Positions 10,250 through 19,275 of a DNA stretch of 64,000 nt are shown one piece after another. Below the pieces are notes generated by a model. It did no database searches and was not told the DNA's origin. It saw nothing but the letters and a program-made list of their open reading frames with translations. A program made the translations under genes and the position numbers. The stretch spans positions 76,933 through 140,932 of the forward strand of contig JAVYME010000001.1 of NCBI GenBank assembly GCA_038736825.1, in the 5' to 3' direction. The DNA comes from Candidatus Iainarchaeum sp. Lineage in GTDB: Archaea; Iainarchaeota; Iainarchaeia; Iainarchaeales; DTGL01. Each line of letters starts with the position of its first letter. Position 1 is the stretch's first letter.

Positions 10250-12454
10250 ATGGTGGTTTCAATGGGAAGAAGAGAGGAAATGGTGAAACTGGCACAAGAC
10301 ATGATGGAAAACAAAGACAACATAAGAAACATAGGGATTGTGGCACACATAGACCACGGCAAAACCACCATGACAGACTCACTAATTGCAGCAGCCGGCT
10401 TGATGTCAGAAGAACTCGCAGGAAAACAATGCTTGATGGACTTCTATGAACTCGAACAACAGCGCGGCATAACAATCAATGCAGCAAACATTTCCGTAGT
10501 ATACAAACACGAAGACAAGCCCTACCTAATAAACGTGATAGACACTCCAGGACACGTGGACTTCGGCGGAGACGTAATAAGAGCGATGCGCGCAGTCGAC
10601 GGCGTAATAGTTTTAGTTGACGCAGTTGAAGGAGTAATGCCACAAACAGAAACCGTGATAAGGCAAGCCTTAAGGGAAAACTGCAAGCCGGTTTTATTCG
10701 TAAACAAAGTAGACAGGCTAATAAACGAATTAAAAGTAAGCGAAGACGAAATGCAAGACCGCTTGATAAAAGCAATTTCAAAAGTGAACACGCTCATAAA
10801 AAAGAACGCGCCAAAACAGTTTGCAGAAAAATGGATTGCAAAAGTTGAAGACGGTTCAGTAACCTTTGGCTCAGGGCTGTACAAGTGGGCAATCTCAGTG
10901 CCAAAAATGAAAGAAACCGGGGTTTCCTTTAAAGAAATATACAAATACTGCAAAGAAGGCAAAATGAAAGAACTCTCAGCAAAAATACCGCTATACAGGG
11001 CATTAATGGACATGATAATCAGACACCTGCCAAGCCCAGTTGAAGCACAAAAATACAGGATTCCAGAAATATGGAAAGGCGAAATAGAAAGCGAAACCGG
11101 AAAAGCAATGCTAAACTGTTCAAGCGAAGGCCCGCTTGCAATGATGGTAACCGACGTAGTGGTTGACCCGCACGCAGGAGAAATTGCAACAGGCAGAGTA
11201 TACTCTGGAAAAATCACTAGAGGAATGAAAGTATTCCTAATCAACTCCAAAAAAGAAGTCAACGTGCAAGCAGTCGGCGTTTACATGGGACCAGAAAGAG
11301 TCAACATGGAATTCATTCCAGCAGGCAATATTGCCGCAATTTCAGGCACAAAAGAGGTATATGCAGGCGAAACCATTGCCACAGAGCAAATCCAGCCATT
11401 TGAATCCTTTAAAAGCTCTGTCGAACCAGTAATGACTGTCAGCATAGAAGCAAAAAAAACCGCAGACCTGCCAAAACTCATAGAAGTACTAAAACAAGTC
11501 TCAAAAGAAGACCCAAACGTTGTAGCAACAATAAACCAAGAAACAGGCGAACACCTGGTAAGCGGAATGGGCGAACTCCACTTGGAAGTCACAAGGTACA
11601 GAATTGAAGTAGACCACAACGTGCCAATAGAAGTAAGCCAGCCAATTGTCGTATACAAAGAAACAACCCTCAAAAAATCGCCATCCTATTTTGGCAAAAG
11701 CCCAAACAAACACAACCAATTCAAAATAAGCGTTGAACCAATCAAGCCAGAAATCCTTGAAAAACTAATAGAATCAAAACTTGAAGGAAAAATAAGAAAA
11801 AAAGACATTGAAAAAATGGCAAAACTGGAAGAAATAGGCTTTTCAAAAGACGATGCAAAAAACACTTGGTGGGTTCACAACAACAATGTACTAATAGACT
11901 GGACAAAAGGAGTTCAAGCAATCCAAGAAATAAAAGAACTCGTATGCCAGGGATTCGTGGACGCAATGAACGAAGGCCCCCTAGCAAAAGAAAAATGCTA
12001 TGGCTTAATAGTAAGGCTGGAGGACGCAAAACTCCACGAAGACGCAATCCACCGCGGTCCAGCACAAGTATTGCCAGCAATCACTAGAACAATCTATGCA
12101 TGCATGTTAAGCGCAAACGCAGTATTGCTTGAACCAAGACAGAAAATGTTCCTTTCAGTGCCACAAGACTACATGGGGGCTGTCAGCAGGGAACTACAAC
12201 AACGCAGAGCCACAATCAACGAAATTCAAAGCGAAGGCGACCAAACCATAGTGATAGCAATCGCTCCAGTAAAAGAACTCATTGGCTTTAGTTCAGCCAT
12301 AAGGGGCGCAACACAAGGAAGAGCAATCTGGACAGCCGAATTCTATGACTATAAAGCGCTACCGGAATCACTGCAAAAAGAAGTAATAAAACAAGTGAGA
12401 ACAAGAAAAGGAATGGAACCAGAACCAAAACCAGCAGCCTTCTTCCTAGAATAA
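10250..12454 (+). CDS. fusA: translation elongation factor 2 (aEF-2)
   Basis: G-domain NIGIVAHIDHGKTT, DTPGHVDF and NKVD. Diphthamide-region AIHRGPAQ. 734 aa. Confidence 0.95.
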   Translation: MVVSMGRREEMVKLAQDMMENKDNIRNIGIVAHIDHGKTTMTDSLIAAAGLMSEELAGKQCLMDFYELEQQRGITINAANISVVYKHEDKPYLINVIDTPGHVDFGGDVIRAMRAVDGVIVLVDAVEGVMPQTETVIRQALRENCKPVLFVNKVDRLINELKVSEDEMQDRLIKAISKVNTLIKKNAPKQFAEKWIAKVEDGSVTFGSGLYKWAISVPKMKETGVSFKEIYKYCKEGKMKELSAKIPLYRALMDMIIRHLPSPVEAQKYRIPEIWKGEIESETGKAMLNCSSEGPLAMMVTDVVVDPHAGEIATGRVYSGKITRGMKVFLINSKKEVNVQAVGVYMGPERVNMEFIPAGNIAAISGTKEVYAGETIATEQIQPFESFKSSVEPVMTVSIEAKKTADLPKLIEVLKQVSKEDPNVVATINQETGEHLVSGMGELHLEVTRYRIEVDHNVPIEVSQPIVVYKETTLKKSPSYFGKSPNKHNQFKISVEPIKPEILEKLIESKLEGKIRKKDIEKMAKLEEIGFSKDDAKNTWWVHNNNVLIDWTKGVQAIQEIKELVCQGFVDAMNEGPLAKEKCYGLIVRLEDAKLHEDAIHRGPAQVLPAITRTIYACMLSANAVLLEPRQKMFLSVPQDYMGAVSRELQQRRATINEIQSEGDQTIVIAIAPVKELIGFSSAIRGATQGRAIWTAEFYDYKALPESLQKEVIKQVRTRKGMEPEPKPAAFFLE

Positions 12455-12507
12455 AAAAAACACAAAAAAACAGCATTTATGCGGCTTTAAAAGCAAAAAA
12501 GCCAAAG

Positions 12508-12524
12508 AATAATATTTAAATTTA
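12508..12524 (+). promoter_or_regulatory. putative BRE/TATA promoter element for tuf
   Basis: AT-rich aatatttaaattta about 80 nt upstream of the tuf ATG. A hairpin GCCCTGTCAAGGGC and an RBS-like GGAGGG follow. Confidence 0.3.
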
Positions 12525-12599
12525 TTCCTTTAACTATTATTAGAAGCCCTGTCAAGGGCAAAGGAATTCTAGCATTTTAATCGGTTAGGAGGGCATTTT

Positions 12600-13871
12600 A
12601 TGGCTGAAAAGAATCACTTGAACCTGATCTTCATTGGCCATGTTGATCACGGTAAATCAACCACTGTTGGAAGGCTCTTGTATGACTCTGGCACGCTAAG
12701 CGAGCAAGAATACAGGAAGCTGGAAGCAGAAGCAGCAGCACAGGGAAAGGCAAGCTTTGCCTTTGCCTATGCAATGGACAGGCTGAAAGAAGAAAGAAAA
12801 AGAGGCCTGACAATAGACCTGGCATACAAAAAATTCAAGGCAAAAAAGAACGATTTCACAATAATTGACGCTCCAGGCCACAAAGACTTTGTAAAAAACA
12901 TGATTACCGGAACAAGCCAAGCGGATGCCGCAGTCCTAGTGATTTCGGCAAAAGAAGGCATCCAGCCGCAAACCAAAGAGCACGCCTTCCTCGCCCAAGT
13001 AATGGGCATAAAACAACTAGTAATAGCAGTCAACAAAATGGACGAAGTGAATTATGACAAGGGTCGCTTTGAACAAATGCAAAAAGAAATCCTGAAGTTC
13101 TTGACAGGCGTTGGAATAAAAGAAGACCAGCTCAAATTTGTGCCAATTTCCGCCTTTAAAGGAGACAACGTGGTAAAAGGCAAGGGCAAGCTGGACTGGT
13201 GGAATGGCCCAACACTCCTAGACGCACTAGACGAACTAAAAGCACCACCACTGCCAACAGATAAACCGCTCAGGCTGCCAATACAGGACGTATACAACAT
13301 TAAAGGCGTTGGCACAGTTCCAGTGGGAAGAGTTGAAACAGGAATAATGAAACCAGGCGACAAAATAGTGATAATGCCAGCAAACAAGACAGGCGAAGTA
13401 AAAACAATTGAAATGCACCACGAACAATTATCGCAAGCAGTTCCAGGAGACAACATTGGCTTCAACGTGAGAGGCTTGGGAAAAGAAGACGTGCAAAGAG
13501 GCGATGTTGCAGGACACACAAACAACCCGCCAACAGTCGCCGAAGAATTCATTGCACGAATTGTGGTCCTAAACCATCCAACCGCAATCCCAGTAAACTA
13601 CACTCCAGTATTCCACTTGCACACAGCACAGCTTTCCTGCCAGATAACCGAAATCCAGAAAAAACTTGACCCGAAAACAGGAGCAGTAGTTGAAGAAAAC
13701 CCCAAGTTCTTGAAAACAGGCGATGCGGCAATAGTAAAAGTAAAACCAACAAAACCAGTAGTAGTGGAAGAATACAAAAAATTCCCACAACTAGGCAGGT
13801 TTGCAATCAGGGACATGGGGCAAACCGTTGCAGCAGGAATGGTTGAAAGCGTTACACCAAAGAAAATGTAA
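12600..13871 (+). CDS. tuf: translation elongation factor 1-alpha (aEF-1A)
   Basis: [17 protein letters not shown] and NKMD motifs. 423 aa. Confidence 0.97.
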   Translation: MAEKNHLNLIFIGHVDHGKSTTVGRLLYDSGTLSEQEYRKLEAEAAAQGKASFAFAYAMDRLKEERKRGLTIDLAYKKFKAKKNDFTIIDAPGHKDFVKNMITGTSQADAAVLVISAKEGIQPQTKEHAFLAQVMGIKQLVIAVNKMDEVNYDKGRFEQMQKEILKFLTGVGIKEDQLKFVPISAFKGDNVVKGKGKLDWWNGPTLLDALDELKAPPLPTDKPLRLPIQDVYNIKGVGTVPVGRVETGIMKPGDKIVIMPANKTGEVKTIEMHHEQLSQAVPGDNIGFNVRGLGKEDVQRGDVAGHTNNPPTVAEEFIARIVVLNHPTAIPVNYTPVFHLHTAQLSCQITEIQKKLDPKTGAVVEENPKFLKTGDAAIVKVKPTKPVVVEEYKKFPQLGRFAIRDMGQTVAAGMVESVTPKKM

Positions 13872-13924
13872 CGCTTCCCTTTTTTCTCTTCCAAATGATT
13901 TAAAAGCAATGGCAGTGGTGAAAA

Positions 13925-14233
13925 ATGCAAAAAGCACGCATCAAACTAGCAAGCCCAGACTACAAGCAATTAAACGAAGTAAGCGCAAAAATCGTTGAAG
14001 TCGCAAAACGCACTGGAATAAAGTTTTCAGGACCAGTTCCACTGCCAACAAGAAAACTGGTTGTCCCCACAAGAAAAAGCCCTGCTGGCGGGGGAACAGA
14101 AACCTACGAGCGATGGCAAATGCGCATCCACAAGCGCATAATAGACATAGAATCCGATGAAAGAACACTGCGCAAAGTAATGCACATAGAAATACCGGAA
14201 AAAGTGCACATAGAAATAGAACTAATAGAATAA
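13925..14233 (+). CDS. rps10: ribosomal protein S10 (S20e)
   Basis: ARIKLASPDYKQLNEVSAKIVEVAKRTGIKFSGPVPLPTRKL matches S10. Conserved position after tuf. Confidence 0.95.
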   Translation: MQKARIKLASPDYKQLNEVSAKIVEVAKRTGIKFSGPVPLPTRKLVVPTRKSPAGGGTETYERWQMRIHKRIIDIESDERTLRKVMHIEIPEKVHIEIELIE

Positions 14234-14246
14234 AGCTGTTTTTTAT

Positions 14247-15758
14247 TTGCGCAAAAAAGTTAAAAATTTCGCGCCTGCTTTGTCTGTGCAAGAAAGCATT
14301 TTTTTAGGTTTTGCAAAAGGAATTATTGCACGCATTGAAGAAAACCGCCAAGGCATTGCCTTTTGGATCGCACTTCTCTATTTTGTGTGCATTGTCAAGG
14401 CAATTTTTGGCTGGTTTGCAAGCCTGCTCACAACGTTTTCAAGGCCTGTTTTTTTCCTTGCCGGCTGGCCCTTGTTCTATTTCAACATATTTATTTCACT
14501 GGCACTAATTCTCTCTTTTTTCACTAAAGAAACAGTGGATAAAACCTCAAAAGCAGTTTTTGCCTTTTCTTTCATTGTAATCATTATTCCGATTGTTGAT
14601 TTCATTGCATATGGCCCTGAAGTGTGGCGCATCTTTCCAATGAGCATTGAAGAAATTGCTGCACAGTTTTTCTCTTTAGCTGGTCTTTTGCCTGGTTCTG
14701 TCCTGCACTTGGGGCAGGGCTTGACGTTTTGGTTAGCCCAAGCCCTGATTGCAGTGTATGTTTTCACCAAAAAAGGAAGTTGGCTGAAAGCATTGGGAGC
14801 AATGTTTTGCTTTTATGTAGCCTGTTTGGCATTATCCTCAGTCCCTTTCCTTGCATCCATCCTTTTTAGCCTTGGCAACACCTACAATTACACAGTAATA
14901 ATGCACGGGCTCGCGCTATATGCGCTCTCAGCATTTTTGCTTGCTGTAATCTGGCTCTTTATCTATGACCGCGCACTCCTAAAAAAAGTGGTTTTGGAAT
15001 GCAAGCCTGAACGAGCCGCACATTATCTTGCCCTTGTGCTAATGGGCTGGCTTTATGCACTAACGCTTTTCTCAATAGAAAAGCCCAATTTTTTGGGACT
15101 TTTTTTTGCGTCATTTTCAATTTTTTTGGCATTTGAAAGTGCTCTGGCGTGCAATAATCTATTTGACAAGGAATTGAAGGGTATCAAGGCAAGGCAATAC
15201 CGCGGGATTTGCCTTTCGCTGTTCACCCTTGCCCTTGTTTTGGCATATTTTGTAGGAGAAACAATTTTTGCATTAGTGCTTTCAACAATGCTCCTTGGAA
15301 TTGCCTACTCTGCAAAGCCAATTAGCCTAAAAAATCTCGGCTTTCTCAACAATGTGGTAATAGGCCTAATTTCAGCACTCGCATTCATTGTAGGCATTAT
15401 CACACAAAACCCAAAAATTCCCTTTAATGCAACGCTTGCAGTTTTTGCAACATTCTCACTTGCAGCCAACATAAAGGACCTTAAAGACTTTGAATCCGAT
15501 AAAAGGAAGGGCATTCAAACCCTGCCAGTGCTTTTGGGCAAAGAAAAAGGATTGAAAGTGATTGCTGTGCTTTCATCAGTTTCCTTTATTATTCCAGCAG
15601 CTTTTTTAGACTATCCTAATTTATTGCTTGCGGGCATAATTTTTGGCACTCTAAACTTTCTGGCACTAATGAAAACAAAAAAAGAAACTGCAACATTTGC
15701 ACTATACTTCGCTTATGCCTTGCTATTTGCGCTTTCACTGCTTTATCGAATCCCTTGA
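14247..15758 (+). CDS. polytopic membrane protein with C-terminal UbiA-family prenyltransferase-like domain fused to a ~290-aa N-terminal membrane domain
   Basis: The second UbiA Asp-rich motif is present (KDLKDFESDKRKGIQTLPVLLG = DxxDxxxD...TLPV). The first motif is degenerate (NNLFDKELKG). About 14 predicted TM helices. Confidence 0.55.
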   Translation: MRKKVKNFAPALSVQESIFLGFAKGIIARIEENRQGIAFWIALLYFVCIVKAIFGWFASLLTTFSRPVFFLAGWPLFYFNIFISLALILSFFTKETVDKTSKAVFAFSFIVIIIPIVDFIAYGPEVWRIFPMSIEEIAAQFFSLAGLLPGSVLHLGQGLTFWLAQALIAVYVFTKKGSWLKALGAMFCFYVACLALSSVPFLASILFSLGNTYNYTVIMHGLALYALSAFLLAVIWLFIYDRALLKKVVLECKPERAAHYLALVLMGWLYALTLFSIEKPNFLGLFFASFSIFLAFESALACNNLFDKELKGIKARQYRGICLSLFTLALVLAYFVGETIFALVLSTMLLGIAYSAKPISLKNLGFLNNVVIGLISALAFIVGIITQNPKIPFNATLAVFATFSLAANIKDLKDFESDKRKGIQTLPVLLGKEKGLKVIAVLSSVSFIIPAAFLDYPNLLLAGIIFGTLNFLALMKTKKETATFALYFAYALLFALSLLYRIP

Positions 15759-15762
15759 AAAT

Positions 15763-16335
15763 TCAGGTTGCATTCGCATAAACCTTTAACAAATTGCCAC
15801 CATCAGCGCAACCAGAAATGCATGCAACCTCAAAAACCAAAACGCCCTTTTCTTTTTTTTCTGCTTTTGCGCCACTCTTTTCAACAATATCGCCAAAATA
15901 GGGCAATATAACCAAATCCAAAACCGTTGTCTTAGCCGGTGCAACAACAAACTGCACTGCAGAATAATTGGTTCCATCAATTGCTGGAGAGGTAATCGCA
16001 AATGAAAAGGTTTTGCTCGACTTGTTGGATAAAACCAATCCCGTGGATTCCCCAATTGCAATCTCTGTCAAAGAAAAACCTTGTTCTGAAAGTGGCACCT
16101 CAATCATTGACACTTTGTCAAAAGAGAGAACCAATGGTTGTGATGGTTTGTAGTCAGGGTTTTCCTTCAAAAACTGGGAAACAAAATATGGTTTCAAAAC
16201 AATATGAGGATTAGGATCTGGAGGCGGTTCGGCGGAAGGCCGTCCACCCCAATTAAAAACAAAAACAAATAAAGCCAGCAATATTGCAAAAACAACTATT
16301 CCCAAAACAGCCAGCTTCAAATACTTTTTATCCAT
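15763..16335 (-). CDS. hypothetical N-terminally anchored secreted protein
   Basis: N-terminal TM/signal anchor (LAVLGIVVFAILLALFVFVF). No recognizable domain. Convergent with the upstream gene across a 4-nt gap. Confidence 0.45.
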   Translation of the reverse strand: MDKKYLKLAVLGIVVFAILLALFVFVFNWGGRPSAEPPPDPNPHIVLKPYFVSQFLKENPDYKPSQPLVLSFDKVSMIEVPLSEQGFSLTEIAIGESTGLVLSNKSSKTFSFAITSPAIDGTNYSAVQFVVAPAKTTVLDLVILPYFGDIVEKSGAKAEKKEKGVLVFEVACISGCADGGNLLKVYANAT

Positions 16336-16388
16336 TCTATCACCAATCCAAGCATAGTAAAATTAATATATGAGGTTATATATAATGC

Positions 16389-17639
16389 TTGTGCATTACA
16401 TTGCATTGTTTTGACTCTTGTGAAGGTGAAAAATTGGAAAAATCTGGAAAAAAAGGAACTATCGTGTTTTTACTAATTACACTTTTAGTTGCACAAGTTT
16501 TTGCTGCAGATTGCCTGGATTGGATGGAATCACAATCTGGAAAAGAAGTGGGAGACAATATGAATGATGACGGCGTTTTAGGACCTGGGGAAACACTCGC
16601 AAATAATAAAACAAATAAGCCTGGAGAAATCGGAGTTAATAATGCAAGTACTGTTAAACAAATTGGCGAGAACTACATTAATGGCTCAACTGTGCCTGTA
16701 ACAATATCAAACGATAATGGCACAACAGTACAGACAGACCCAAACCTAAAATATGAACTCACTCCAATTTGGGGTTACAGCAAAGAGTACGGATTTTACG
16801 TTAGCGGTTGGAAAGTCAGTGCTGTGGAAGAGGAAACTGAAAAAGATCTGGATTTTGGTGAGGGTTGGACTCCAGTTAGTCCGACTCCAAAGCCTGTGAC
16901 CCCTACTCCAACTCCAACGATAACTCTAACGCCAACACCTACGCTAACCCCTCTCCCAAACCAAGCACCAACCGCAGACTTTGAAATGTATCCAGAGCCA
17001 GCAAATGGCATGGTTCCTTTGACTGTAAAGTTTAAAGATAAAAGTTTTGACCCAGACGGTTCCATTGTTTCATGGAATTGGGAGTTCGGGGTAGGTACAA
17101 TTGAAGGAACAAATTGTTGCACAAATAAGGAAACAAGCCATGTTTACACTTCAGCTGGCTATTATACTGTCCGGCTAACCGTAACAGACAACTTGGGGGC
17201 AACAGCATCTAATCAAAAATCTATAATTGCAATACAAAAAGCGGCAATAACAATTTTCAAATCAAACAATCCAGAAAACCCAAACCAGCCAGCACAAATT
17301 ATTATTGCATGCGGCAAGCAGGCAGCCCTCCAATTGGAATTCCTTGACAAGGACAGCCAGCCACTTTCCGGAGTTCCAACTCAACTAATGGATGGAGCTC
17401 ACGGCCTGCCATTTTGCAATATCACACCTACAATTCTCAACATAACTGGCTTTCCAAAACCAGGGCTTTATCAAATAAAGGCAAACATTCTTGGAGAGGA
17501 GTGCACTAATTGTCCAAAAACGATCCACATAGTTGTCGGTCAAGAAATGCCAGAACTCCAAACTCCAGAAATCCCAGCAATACTAACCGCAGTAATCGCA
17601 CTTGCAGTGATTGTCATCACAAACAGGAAAAAGAAATAA
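16389..17639 (+). CDS. secreted surface protein with Thr/Pro linker, PKD domain and conserved C-terminal sorting signal (PEIPAIL-TM-NRKKK)
   Basis: Signal peptide (alternative TTG start at 16434). TPTPKPVTPTPTPTITLTPTPTLTP linker. PKD-type domain (PTADFEMYP...GMVPLTVKF...WNWEFG). The C-terminal ~35 aa are almost identical to the 27182..29317 protein. Confidence 0.75.
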   Translation: MCITLHCFDSCEGEKLEKSGKKGTIVFLLITLLVAQVFAADCLDWMESQSGKEVGDNMNDDGVLGPGETLANNKTNKPGEIGVNNASTVKQIGENYINGSTVPVTISNDNGTTVQTDPNLKYELTPIWGYSKEYGFYVSGWKVSAVEEETEKDLDFGEGWTPVSPTPKPVTPTPTPTITLTPTPTLTPLPNQAPTADFEMYPEPANGMVPLTVKFKDKSFDPDGSIVSWNWEFGVGTIEGTNCCTNKETSHVYTSAGYYTVRLTVTDNLGATASNQKSIIAIQKAAITIFKSNNPENPNQPAQIIIACGKQAALQLEFLDKDSQPLSGVPTQLMDGAHGLPFCNITPTILNITGFPKPGLYQIKANILGEECTNCPKTIHIVVGQEMPELQTPEIPAILTAVIALAVIVITNRKKK

Positions 17640-17700
17640 AAAAAGCCAATATATTAGTTCAAAGAGAAAAAAAGCAGGGGGACAATTTTTGGTTTGCTCC

Positions 17701-19275
17701 CTATTTTTTTCCTTTTTTTTCTTGTGTTGATTTTTTTAACAATAGTTCTCTTTCTTGTTGTAGTTTGAGGAGTCTTTCCCTGTAAGCGCTTTCTGAAAGC
17801 CGTCTCTTGAAAAAATCCAGTTTTGCTTTTTTTTCAAGTTCTGAAATTTTTTCAAGGCGCCTTTCAATGGAGCGCTTTTCCAGTTGCTTGAGTTTTTTTC
17901 TCCAAAAAAATGCTGAAATTGAAAGAATTAAGGCTGTTATTCCGCCTCCAAAAACAATTATTTTGCCCCAATCTATGGGTTCAATTATTTCTGTTGAAAT
18001 CTTTGCTTTTCCTGAAAAAGGCGGTTTTAAAACAATTTCAATGGTGTGGGTTCCCTGTAAAGCAAATGGCAGGCTTGCAGAGCAAAAGCCTTTTTCAGTG
18101 CAGGAAAGAGTAATTGAGTGCTGTTTTTCGTCAATGTAAAGCAATGCTTCAACCTCATTGCTTGCAACTTGTTGTCCTTCCACTTGTACTTCTATTTTTG
18201 TAGCTCCGCCACGACTTTCAGTTCTGCCTTCCATTGGGAAAACGAACAAAACCTGGTTTTCAGTCGGGCTTGCCCCTTCTGGAGAAAGCATTTCAAGAGA
18301 AAAACTGTTTTTTTCAGTTTTTGTTCCAGAAGCGTTTTTGCCTGAAACAGTTATCTTCAATTCACTGTCTTTCTCGCTAACGGGGCGCGTGAATTCTGCA
18401 CTCCAGGCTCCTCCTGCAAAAGACAATTTTTTTCTTTCCAGTATTTTTTCTTTTGACAAAAGCCAAGCCTCAAAATCCCCGCTGTTGACAACAGTTTCTT
18501 TTTGGTGAAGAGAAAAGGAAATTTTTCCAACAGGCGAGCCAAAAAAATATTTCTGTTCTTCATTGAAGGGATTGCGGACTTGAATGGTTGCTGGCTTGAA
18601 GAAAAGCGGAATGAAAAAAGTTTTTTCCTTTGAGCCTGCAAGCGCTGCCTTCAATTCCAGTTTTTCAAATTCTTCAAAGGAAGCGTCTGGAACAAAAGAG
18701 CCTTCCAAAAAAAGGTTTTTGGAATCCCATTGCAAGGCAATGCTTTTGCCTTTTATTAAGGCACTAAAATGGGAAAAGGCTTCCTTTTCACTTGAACCCA
18801 AAAACCTTTGAATGTAGGAATTGTCTTTGTCCAAGAAAGCAATACGTATCTTTTTTTCAACTCCTGTTTCGATTGCAATATCCTGTCTTGCCTCTGAAGA
18901 GGGCGGCAAAAATGCTTTGAATTCAGTTCTCGTGATTCGCACTGGCACTGTTTTTTCCCCTAAAAGCATGCCGTTGTCCTTAAGCTTTATTTGTGCTTTT
19001 ACTTGAAAGGTTTTCGGGGAAAAATCTATTGCTTCAAGGTAATATGCATGGCTTGCAAAAGGGCTTTCGGTTGAAATTTCAGTGCCATCCCCAAAACTCC
19101 AAACAAAATCCAAAACGCTTTCAGGAAAATTTTCCAGCTTTAAATTGAAATCCACTGCTTGCGCTTCAAATGCCTCGCTAGTGCTCGCTGAAAGCCCGAA
19201 ATCAAGCGAGCTATGGGCAAATGGCAAAAGCAAGAAAAGAAAGGCTGCCAAAAAAAGGCTTTTTGCCATTTTCAC
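17701..19275 (-). CDS. type-I membrane surface protein (PKD-like repeats) with coiled-coil K/E/R-rich cytoplasmic tail
   Basis: N-terminal signal peptide, WSFGDGTE PKD-like motif and a C-terminal TM (ITALILSISAFFW). The tail LEKKAKLDFFKRRLSESAYRERLLKL is homologous to the tail of the upstream 1059-aa protein. Its stop overlaps the next gene's start by 4 nt. Confidence 0.7.
   Translation of the reverse strand: MKMAKSLFLAAFLFLLLPFAHSSLDFGLSASTSEAFEAQAVDFNLKLENFPESVLDFVWSFGDGTEISTESPFASHAYYLEAIDFSPKTFQVKAQIKLKDNGMLLGEKTVPVRITRTEFKAFLPPSSEARQDIAIETGVEKKIRIAFLDKDNSYIQRFLGSSEKEAFSHFSALIKGKSIALQWDSKNLFLEGSFVPDASFEEFEKLELKAALAGSKEKTFFIPLFFKPATIQVRNPFNEEQKYFFGSPVGKISFSLHQKETVVNSGDFEAWLLSKEKILERKKLSFAGGAWSAEFTRPVSEKDSELKITVSGKNASGTKTEKNSFSLEMLSPEGASPTENQVLFVFPMEGRTESRGGATKIEVQVEGQQVASNEVEALLYIDEKQHSITLSCTEKGFCSASLPFALQGTHTIEIVLKPPFSGKAKISTEIIEPIDWGKIIVFGGGITALILSISAFFWRKKLKQLEKRSIERRLEKISELEKKAKLDFFKRRLSESAYRERLLKLQQERELLLKKSTQEKKGKK

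Noticed and set aside
10522-11262. 246-aa antisense ORF within fusA (EF-2)
   Set aside because: It is completely embedded in a highly conserved gene on the other strand. No recognisable motifs. Typical long shadow ORF.
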